A stretch of 20,386 nt of DNA from Candidatus Nanopusillus sp. (GTDB taxonomy: Archaea > Nanobdellota > Nanobdellia > Nanobdellales > Nanobdellaceae). Every line of letters starts with the position of its first letter. The first letter of the stretch is position 1. The notes under the pieces were generated by a model that was given only the letters and a program-made list of their open reading frames with translations, was not told the origin of the DNA and made no database searches. The DNA lies in the NCBI GenBank assembly GCA_036845085.1, contig DAIUEN010000007.1, positions 1-20,386 on the forward strand, in the 5' to 3' direction. This document shows positions 13,314 through 20,386 of the stretch, one piece after another. The translations under genes and the position numbers were made by a program.

Positions 13314-15220
13314 TGCATATATTTAAAGATATAAATGAAGTAGCACTTGAAAAAATAATCGAGGAAATAGAAAATGAAAGGAAGTTTATAGAGGACGTTC
13401 GTTTAGGTAAGATAAAAAAAGATAAAAAAGAACTAATAAAGACTGCTCTATTTATAGTGGAATCTCCGAATAAGGTAAAAACAATATCTAGTTTTTTTGG
13501 AAAACCATCTATTATAAATGTAAATGGATTAAAGGTATATGAAGTATCTGTAGGAAATCTACAATTGCTAATTACACATTCTAAAGGTCATATTATAGAT
13601 TTAACAACAGAAAATATAGGTTTTTATGGAATAGAAAAAAATGGAAATATTTTTATACCATATTATAATACTATAAAAAAGTGTTTAGATTGTGGTAATC
13701 AATTTACAGAGTATTCTGAAGGAAATAAGTGTCCATATTGTGGGTCTGTAAATGTAGAGGACTCTATAAATAGAATAAAAGCATTACAAGACCTTGCTAC
13801 AGAGGTGGATATGATCATTATAGCTACAGATCCTGATCAGGAAGGAGAATTTATAGCAGCATCTTTATATTTTGTTCTGAAACCATTTAATGATAACATA
13901 AAAAGGGCAGAATTTCATGAAGTCACTAAATATGCAATATTAGAAGCTTTAAATAATCTTAGAGAAATAAATAAAAATCTTGTTAAATCTCAGCTTGTTA
14001 GGAGAATTGAAGATAGATGGCTTGGTTTTAGCTTATCTCAAATACTTCAAAAATATTACAATAAACAATGGTTATCTGCTGGAAGGGTACAAACTCCAGT
14101 ATTGGGTTGGATTGTAGAAAGATTTGAAGAAAGGCTAAAGTCAAAATCATATGTTTTATATATAACTTTAGAGAACGAACGAATAATAAGAGCAGTTACA
14201 AATTTAAAAACTAGAAGAGAGGTAAATAAAGTAGCTAAAGAATTGGTTGGTAAAAATATAGAAATAATAGAATATTTAGAGTATGAAGATTATATAAATC
14301 CATTACCACCATATAATACTAGCTCCATACTAAAAGATGCTAATAGCATTTTTCACCTAAGTAGTAATAAAATAATGAATATACTACAAGAGTTATTTGA
14401 ATCGTCTTTAATAACCTATCATAGAACAGATTCTACTAAAGTATCTTCTGTTGGTATTAGTATAGCAAGAGAATACATAGAAAATAAATTTGGTTTAGAA
14501 TATTATGTTGGAAGAACTTGGGGAGAAGGTGGAGCTCATGAGGCTATTAGACCTGTAAGGCCATTAGACGCAGAACAATTAAAAGCCGCTATCGAAGAGG
14601 GAAGTGTTGAAGTACCAATAGATATGACAAATTATCATTACAGAATATATGATTTAATATTTAGAAGATTTATTCAATCTCAGATGAAACCAGCAAAAGT
14701 AAAGAAATATAAACAAAAGATAAGAGTACCAATAATAGATGTATTATTGGAATTTGAAGGAGTAATAGAAGTTTTAGACCATGGAATAGATCTTATAGAT
14801 CCGTTTAGGATAAATTTGATGAAATATCCAAAATTTGAAAAGAATTATGAAATAAAAAAAGTTATTGGAAGGAAGACTTACCTTATTACTCTATTTTCTG
14901 AAGCTAATGTTATAGAATTAATGAAAGAAAAGGGAATTGGTAGACCTTCTACATATGCAACTATACTAAGGAAAATTCTTAGTAGAGGATATGTAATAAA
15001 TAAAAGTAATAATCTTATTCCAACAAAATTTGGAATTGAAGTTTATAGATTTCTCAAAAATAATTTCGATGAACATGTTTCTGAAGAAAAAACTAGAAAA
15101 TTAGAAGATATTATGGATAAAATATCGGATGGTAGGGAGGATTTCATTAGTATCCTAAACAATCTTTATGAAGAAACAATTGAAATCATCAAAAAAGGTG
15201 AAGAAATAATAAAAAGATAA
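13313..15220 (+). CDS. rgy: reverse gyrase, topoisomerase (type IA) half only
   Basis: 635 aa. The reverse-gyrase-type TOPRIM FIVESPNKVKTISSFFGKPS starts about 45 aa from the N-terminus. A Zn finger CLDCG...CPYCG is inserted, DPDQEGE is present, and the catalytic Tyr context is LITYHRTDSTKVSS. No SF2 helicase motifs occur anywhere in the ORF. Confidence 0.85.
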   Translation: MHIFKDINEVALEKIIEEIENERKFIEDVRLGKIKKDKKELIKTALFIVESPNKVKTISSFFGKPSIINVNGLKVYEVSVGNLQLLITHSKGHIIDLTTENIGFYGIEKNGNIFIPYYNTIKKCLDCGNQFTEYSEGNKCPYCGSVNVEDSINRIKALQDLATEVDMIIIATDPDQEGEFIAASLYFVLKPFNDNIKRAEFHEVTKYAILEALNNLREINKNLVKSQLVRRIEDRWLGFSLSQILQKYYNKQWLSAGRVQTPVLGWIVERFEERLKSKSYVLYITLENERIIRAVTNLKTRREVNKVAKELVGKNIEIIEYLEYEDYINPLPPYNTSSILKDANSIFHLSSNKIMNILQELFESSLITYHRTDSTKVSSVGISIAREYIENKFGLEYYVGRTWGEGGAHEAIRPVRPLDAEQLKAAIEEGSVEVPIDMTNYHYRIYDLIFRRFIQSQMKPAKVKKYKQKIRVPIIDVLLEFEGVIEVLDHGIDLIDPFRINLMKYPKFEKNYEIKKVIGRKTYLITLFSEANVIELMKEKGIGRPSTYATILRKILSRGYVINKSNNLIPTKFGIEVYRFLKNNFDEHVSEEKTRKLEDIMDKISDGREDFISILNNLYEETIEIIKKGEEIIKR

Positions 15221-15251
15221 CTTTATATATACCTAAATACAAATATAGTTG

Positions 15252-15473
15252 ATGGTAGTTCGTGGAGTAAGAGTTGGAGAAACCTATGAGGTGGAGATTA
15301 AGAGTTTGACTGCTAAGGGAGATGGATTTACTAGAATAAAGGGTGTTGCTACATTTGTTAAAAATACAGTTCCTGGTTGGAAGGGGGTTGTTGTAATAAA
15401 GAAAGTTGGACCCAGTTATTTAATAGCCGAACCTATAAATTCTGATCAAAGTTCTTCTGACAAGGAACAATAA
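15252..15473 (+). CDS. TRAM-domain (OB-fold) RNA-binding protein
   Basis: 73 aa from ATG 15252. VRVGETYEVEIKSLTAKGDGFTRIKGVATFVKNTVPGWKGVVVIKKV matches stand-alone archaeal TRAM proteins. TTTATATATA lies about 22 nt upstream of the ATG. Confidence 0.7.
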   Translation: MVVRGVRVGETYEVEIKSLTAKGDGFTRIKGVATFVKNTVPGWKGVVVIKKVGPSYLIAEPINSDQSSSDKEQ

Positions 15474-15573
15474 AAATAAAAATAATTTTTAAATTTATTC
15501 ATTTTTACTATATTTATAATATTATTAATAAAGTTTTCTAAGTAATTATATTGGATAAAATAAATGATGAATC

Positions 15574-15966
15574 ATGATGACCCCTCCGTATGTAAAATGG
15601 CCTGAAGATGTATTAAATACATTCCTACAGAATTACGAAGCAAAAATATATGAATTAGTAGAAAAAGCAAGGCAAACTGGAAAAATAAAAAAAGGAACTA
15701 ATGAGACTACTAAAGCTGTAGATAGAGGACAGGCAAAACTAGCTATCATTGCTCTAGACGTAGATCCACCAGAAGTTGTAATGCATTTGCCGGCTTTATG
15801 CGAAGAAAAGGGAGTTCCATATGTATATGTATCTTCTAAATACAGATTGGGAGAGGCTGCTGGAATAAAAGTTCAAGCAGCATCTGTAGCAATCTTAGAA
15901 GCTGGAGAAGGACAAAATATACTAAATGATATCTTAAAGGCATTAAATCATTTATTAAAGAAATAA
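15574..15966 (+). CDS. rpl7ae: ribosomal protein L7Ae (K-turn binding; also C/D and H/ACA RNP component)
   Basis: 130 aa. [60 protein letters not shown] is near-canonical L7Ae. Confidence 0.9.
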   Translation: MMTPPYVKWPEDVLNTFLQNYEAKIYELVEKARQTGKIKKGTNETTKAVDRGQAKLAIIALDVDPPEVVMHLPALCEEKGVPYVYVSSKYRLGEAAGIKVQAASVAILEAGEGQNILNDILKALNHLLKK

Positions 15967-16011
15967 TTTTTTATATTTATAATTTTTAAATTTTTTATTA
16001 AATTATAAATA

Positions 16012-16779
16012 ATGTCCGGTGATTTTTGTATACCTTCTTTTGGTTGTGTTTTACCAAAAAGTTTGGAAGAAAGAATATTTGGATCATTTAGAAATACGAA
16101 AAATTTATTAGAAAAAATCTTACATAATCCATTTATTTTAGTTAGTGAAGAAGAAATAAAAAGTATAGTAAAAGAAGCTGTGCTTAGATATTTCGGAGAA
16201 AAGATAAAACCATATTATGGGCAAAATAGTGGTAGTAAAATGTCAAGAATAATAGATGCTACTAAATATCTTTTAGATAATGTTGGAAAAACTAATTTTG
16301 TATTATTATATCTTTCTTTTCTTCCGAATATTTATGGTTATAAAACTCCAATAACTCCTGAAGAGAGGAGAAATATTAACATACATAGTGGAATTTTAGA
16401 GAAACTTTTAGAACATTATATTCCTTTTATCCCTCCAAAATGTGGACCTACTAGAAGTAGTTATGTAGATGGATGTTATCTACAATATGAATATATAAAA
16501 GGTTTGCAAGGGCATCCAGAATTTTATGATATTAATGTTGGCGATGTAAGATCACTTATATATGCTATATTTGAAAAAATTAGTATTTTTTCTAGAATAG
16601 AAAATGCTATAAAGAAAGAATTAGGAGGATATTATGAAATATGGTTGCGTTATATCTTAGATAATTATAATCAGGATGATTCTCTGAAAATAGGAGAAAT
16701 TTTGTTGAAGGTTGCAGGACAATATATAAAAGTCATATATGGAGAATTAGAAAACTCTAAGAAAATGTTCGGACATTAG
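16012..16779 (+). CDS. hypothetical protein, no recognisable family
   Basis: 255 aa ORF with coding-like composition. There are two Cys pairs (CIPSFGC near the N-terminus; CGPTRSSYVDGC mid-protein) and no TM segments. Confidence 0.5.
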   Translation: MSGDFCIPSFGCVLPKSLEERIFGSFRNTKNLLEKILHNPFILVSEEEIKSIVKEAVLRYFGEKIKPYYGQNSGSKMSRIIDATKYLLDNVGKTNFVLLYLSFLPNIYGYKTPITPEERRNINIHSGILEKLLEHYIPFIPPKCGPTRSSYVDGCYLQYEYIKGLQGHPEFYDINVGDVRSLIYAIFEKISIFSRIENAIKKELGGYYEIWLRYILDNYNQDDSLKIGEILLKVAGQYIKVIYGELENSKKMFGH

Positions 16780-16845
16780 ATAAATTTTTTTAATTTAGTA
16801 GTAGTTATTTTTGTATATATAAATTACTAAATGGGTATATAATTT

Positions 16846-19128
16846 ATGGTGTATATTAAGTGGTTTGAAGAAGTAACAAAAGAAGATACCAACATTGTTG
16901 GTGGGAAAGGTGCAAATTTAGGAGAAATGACAAGAAACGGATTTCCTATACCACCAGGATTTGTATTAACTGCAGAAGCCTATTGGAAATTTGTAGAATA
17001 CAATAATATTAAATATAAGATATATGAAATTTTGTCTAAAATAGATATAGACAATGTAACACAGTTAAAAAAAGCATCAAAAGATATACAAGAGCTATTT
17101 TTAAATGGAGAAATACCGGAAGATTTAAAAAAAGAGATAATAGAAAATTATAAAGTATTATCTCAAAAGTTCGGACAGGATGAAATATATGTAGCAGTGA
17201 GATCATCCGCAACTGCAGAGGATGTTGAAAATGCTTCATTTGCCGGACAACAAGCGTCTTTCTTAAATGTTAAAGGTGTAGATAAATTATTAGAGCATGT
17301 TAAGAAATGTTGGGCTTCTTTATGGACAGCTAGAGCAATTAACTATAGACAAAAAATGGGATTTGATCATTTCAAAGTAGCTTTATGTGTAGTAATACAG
17401 AGACAGATATTTTCTAAGAAATCCGGTATTATGTTCACATGCGATCCTGTTAAAAATGATTGTTCTAAAATAGTAATTGAAGCTTCTTGGGGATTGGGTG
17501 AAGCAATAGTCTCTGGATCTGTTATACCTGATGAATATGTTGTAGATAAAAATACATTAAATATAATATCAGTAAAAGTTAATGAAAAGAAGATTATGTC
17601 TGTATACGATCCAGATTCTTTAACAAAAGAAGTAGAGGTACCTTCAGAATTAAGAAATGTACAATGTTTAACTGAAGAAGAAATAAGAAAATTAGCAGAG
17701 TATGGTAAAAGGTTAGAGGAGCATTATAAACACCCACAAGATATAGAATTTGCTATAGATGATACTGGTATATATATAGTTCAATCAAGGCCTGTAACAA
17801 CAATAAAAGGAAAAATAAAAGAGGAATCATTGCATATAAGTAATAAAATACTGGTTAAGGGAATCCCAGCATCTCCTGGTATTGGTGTTGGTAAGGTCAG
17901 ATTAGTTTTATCTCCAGAAGACTTTGAGAAATTCCAAGAAGGAGAAGTTTTGGTTACCGTTATGACAAATCCAGATTATGAACCATTGATGGCAAAAGCT
18001 GCAGCAATTGTGACTGATGAAGGTGGACATTTATCCCATGCTGCTATTGTTTCGAGAGAACTTGGTAAACCAGCAGTAGTAGGTACTACTAATGCTACTA
18101 AGGTTTTGAAAGACGGAATGATTGTAACTGTAGACGGAACCCACGGAATAGTATATGAAGGAAAAATAAATTTAGATGTATTAACAAAAAAAGAAATTGC
18201 TAAGAAAATAGTAAAATCTACACCATTAGAAATCACAGCCACTAAAGTAATGGCTATAGCTGATTATCCAGAGACAGCAGCAAAAGTAAGAGACGTAGCA
18301 GATGGAATAGGACTGCTAAGATTGGAATTCTTAGTTTTGAGAGATAGAAAACATCCTGTATGGTATTTAAAGAATAATAGGATAGAAGAACTTACAGATA
18401 TATTAGTTAATAGATTAGAAGAAATATTAAGGATAATGTATCCAAAACCAGTAATTGTAAGAACTTTAGATATGAGAACTGATGAATATAGAGGTTTAGA
18501 AGGTGGGGAAGACGAACCTAAAGAAGCAAATCCTATGATTGGATGGCATGGAATAAGGAGAGATCTTGACCAAGATTCTATATTTAGAGCAGAAATAAGA
18601 GCATTTAAAAAACTAGTTAAAGAACTTGGATTTACTAATTTATGGGTAATGTTACCATTTGTAATATCGTGGGAAGAAGTATATAAAGCTAAGAAAATTA
18701 TGGAAGAAGAAGGATTAATTCCACACAAAGATGTAAAAGTTGGTATAATGGTAGAAACGCCAGCAGCTGCATTAACTATTGAAGAGATAATAACAAAAGC
18801 GGGTATAGATTTTATATCATTTGGAACTAATGATTTAACCCAATTAACTTTGGGTGTTGATAGAAATAATGAAAAAGTACAGAAATTAATGGATGAACGT
18901 CATCCAGCAGTTATAAGGTTAATTAAAGAGGTTATAGAAGTTTGTAAAAAACATAATGTATATACTTCACTATGCGGACAAGCAGGATCTAAACCAGAAT
19001 ATGCAGAACTATTAGTGAGGTTGGGAATAGATTCTATATCTGTAAATGTTGATGCTATAGAATTAGTTAGGGAGACTGTAGCCTCTGTAGAAAAGAAAAT
19101 TTTATTAGATAAAATAAGAAAAATATAA
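16846..19128 (+). CDS. ppsA: phosphoenolpyruvate synthase (pyruvate, water dikinase)
   Basis: 760 aa. The N-terminal ATP-grasp region has VGGKGANLGEM. The phospho-histidine swivel is GGHLSHAAIVSRELGKPAVVGT. The C-terminal PEP-utilising TIM barrel has GTNDLTQ and the catalytic Cys in LCGQAGS. All three domains appear intact. Confidence 0.9.
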   Translation: MVYIKWFEEVTKEDTNIVGGKGANLGEMTRNGFPIPPGFVLTAEAYWKFVEYNNIKYKIYEILSKIDIDNVTQLKKASKDIQELFLNGEIPEDLKKEIIENYKVLSQKFGQDEIYVAVRSSATAEDVENASFAGQQASFLNVKGVDKLLEHVKKCWASLWTARAINYRQKMGFDHFKVALCVVIQRQIFSKKSGIMFTCDPVKNDCSKIVIEASWGLGEAIVSGSVIPDEYVVDKNTLNIISVKVNEKKIMSVYDPDSLTKEVEVPSELRNVQCLTEEEIRKLAEYGKRLEEHYKHPQDIEFAIDDTGIYIVQSRPVTTIKGKIKEESLHISNKILVKGIPASPGIGVGKVRLVLSPEDFEKFQEGEVLVTVMTNPDYEPLMAKAAAIVTDEGGHLSHAAIVSRELGKPAVVGTTNATKVLKDGMIVTVDGTHGIVYEGKINLDVLTKKEIAKKIVKSTPLEITATKVMAIADYPETAAKVRDVADGIGLLRLEFLVLRDRKHPVWYLKNNRIEELTDILVNRLEEILRIMYPKPVIVRTLDMRTDEYRGLEGGEDEPKEANPMIGWHGIRRDLDQDSIFRAEIRAFKKLVKELGFTNLWVMLPFVISWEEVYKAKKIMEEEGLIPHKDVKVGIMVETPAAALTIEEIITKAGIDFISFGTNDLTQLTLGVDRNNEKVQKLMDERHPAVIRLIKEVIEVCKKHNVYTSLCGQAGSKPEYAELLVRLGIDSISVNVDAIELVRETVASVEKKILLDKIRKI

Positions 19129-19132
19129 TATT

Positions 19133-19909
19133 ATGAAATATAAAGACTATGCCTATTTATTCCTAATTTTGCTTTTTTCTATAATAGTATTTATAATACC
19201 ATTTATAAATATCTATGTCAAAATATCTCTCATACTTTTATCTATATTGCTATATTCGATAAAATATATAAATGAATACCTAGAGGAAGAAGAACTAAAT
19301 CATAATTTTCCATCTTTCTTGAGAGACTTGTCACAATACTTAAAGATAGGACAACCACTACCATTTGCAGTTTCTTCTTTATTAAATAACGATTATGGTA
19401 AGAAATTGAATAGATTGATAAGAGCTTTAGTTGTAGAAATGAATTACGGAAATACTTTTTATGAAGCTTTAAATAATATGGCTAATAACATAAATAATAT
19501 AGAATATAAACAGGCTTTATATAGTATTAATGAAGCATTAAATAGAGGTGGTGATATAGCAAGTTTATTAAATAGTTTGGCTGAAAGTATAGAAAACATA
19601 AATAATATAAGAAAAGATAGATTAGCTCAAATAAGATTATTGGCTTTTACATATTATGGTCTATTCTTTGCAGCTATCTTTGTAATATTTATAATATATA
19701 TATCTGTAACAAAGATAATAGCCATTAATTTAGAAAAAGCAGCAGAATTATTAACTCTATATAAACATATATCTTTTATACTTATAATAGTAAATGCTTT
19801 GTTTACCGGTTTAATAATAGGTAAATTATCTACTGGAAAAATAGTTTCTGGTATACCTCATAGTATTATTTTAACAGTTATTTCATTGGTTTTCTTTTTA
19901 ACATTATAA
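19133..19909 (+). CDS. single-domain T2SS-F/TadC/FlaJ-like polytopic membrane protein
   Basis: 258 aa. Two N-terminal TM helices are followed by a cytoplasmic helical domain (FPSFLRDLSQYLKIGQPLPFAV...GNTFYEALNNMA...ALNRGGDIASLLNSLAE) resembling the GspF/TadC repeat, and then C-terminal TM helices. It starts 4 nt after the ppsA stop. Confidence 0.6.
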   Translation: MKYKDYAYLFLILLFSIIVFIIPFINIYVKISLILLSILLYSIKYINEYLEEEELNHNFPSFLRDLSQYLKIGQPLPFAVSSLLNNDYGKKLNRLIRALVVEMNYGNTFYEALNNMANNINNIEYKQALYSINEALNRGGDIASLLNSLAESIENINNIRKDRLAQIRLLAFTYYGLFFAAIFVIFIIYISVTKIIAINLEKAAELLTLYKHISFILIIVNALFTGLIIGKLSTGKIVSGIPHSIILTVISLVFFLTL

Positions 19910-19933
19910 ATTTTTCTTTAAAGAATATTTTCT

Positions 19934-20095
19934 ATGGCCTTCAAGAATTATAACCTTAAGATAAGATATGCTAAAAAATTAAGACAAAATAGATTAGCAC
20001 CTTTTTGGGTAGTAATAAAGAAATTTGGGAGAATAGTTTCTATATATAGAATTAGTAGAAAGAGGGATTGGAGATATCAGAAGATTAGCTTCTAG
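19934..20095 (+). CDS. rpl39e: ribosomal protein L39e
   Basis: Absent from the ORF track (53 aa): MAFKNYNLKIRYAKKLRQNRLAPFWVVIKKFGRIVSIYRISRKRDWRYQKISF. It fits the L39e pattern K.RLAK..(K/R)QNR..P.WV..K......R.WRR.K. Confidence 0.7.
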   Translation: MAFKNYNLKIRYAKKLRQNRLAPFWVVIKKFGRIVSIYRISRKRDWRYQKISF

Positions 20096-20386
20096 TTATT
20101 TTTTGTATATTTCTAAGAAAAATCTTTTTATATTATTGTATAATTTAGATATGTCATGTTTATATATATTGGGTTTTGCTGATAATTTTTCTATCTCAGA
20201 GTATATAAAATCTTCTATTTTTTCTATTTTTTCTTTACATCTTTTATCAATAATATTTTCCATTTTATCTATTATATTTTCAAATTTATTGAATATTTCT
20301 TCTAATTTTTCTTCATTTATTATTTTTTCTTTTTTTTCTATATATTTATATCCATACTCTATTAGTTCTTTTATACTATATCCTTT
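20096..20386 (-). CDS. hypothetical protein, C-terminal part (gene runs off the right edge), Lys/Glu/Ile-rich and probably coiled-coil
   Basis: The reverse strand is stop-free across 20386..20099 and ends in TAA (20098-20096): ...KGYSIKELIEYGYKYIEKKEKIINEEKLEEIFNKFENIIDKMENIIDKRCKEKIEKIEDFIYSEIEKLSAKPNIYKHDISKLYNNIKRFFLEIYKK. It abuts the L39e stop with no spacer. Confidence 0.45.
   Translation of the reverse strand, partial: KGYSIKELIEYGYKYIEKKEKIINEEKLEEIFNKFENIIDKMENIIDKRCKEKIEKIEDFIYSEIEKLSAKPNIYKHDISKLYNNIKRFFLEIYKK

Noticed and set aside
17036-18728. Minus-strand ORFs 17036..17239, 17976..18242 and 18264..18728.
   Set aside because: All are antisense to the strongly supported ppsA gene, so these are shadow ORFs.
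1-20386. A scan for CRISPR arrays, IS elements, integrases, rRNA genes and long direct or inverted repeats.
   Set aside because: None was seen. No regularly spaced repeats were found, no transposase- or integrase-like ORFs, and no rRNA-like GC-rich segments longer than the tRNAs and the short patches described.

Overview
This is a very AT-rich, extremely gene-dense archaeal chromosome segment. L7Ae, L39e, aEF-1beta, GatD, deoxyhypusine synthase, ATP-dependent DNA ligase, a TrmB-type regulator, FtsZ and reverse gyrase, together with GC-rich tRNAs in an AT-rich background, point to a hyperthermophilic archaeon with a reduced genome. A free-standing reverse gyrase topoisomerase half suggests a Nanoarchaeota lineage (Nanoarchaeum equitans-like or a terrestrial relative); that assignment is inference, not proof. 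I call 27 protein-coding genes: 2 run off the window edges and 2 small ones (a Zn-ribbon protein and L39e) are absent from the ORF track. I also call 2 intact tRNAs (Gly-UCC, Ala-GGC) and 2 candidate box C/D sRNAs. I found no CRISPR array, rRNA, IS or transposase, integrase, or split tRNA half. Nine ORF-track entries are antisense shadows of real genes. The observations most worth follow-up are: (1) the split reverse gyrase half, whose start overlaps the aEF-1beta stop; (2) two C/D-box sRNA-like loci, a third GC-rich patch with K-turn-like tandem motifs, and tandem C-box heptamers at the L7Ae start; (3) the NMNAT gene reading completely through an antisense tRNA-Gly; (4) a tRNA-Ala promoter spaced for leaderless (RNase P-independent) transcription; (5) a Trm-G10/UPF0020-like methyltransferase homolog with both catalytic motifs destroyed; (6) a HerA/FtsK-like ATPase overlapping a membrane protein gene, and an orphan single-domain T2SS-F/TadC-like protein directly behind PEP synthase. 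All functional calls rest on motif recognition by eye; no database search was possible.
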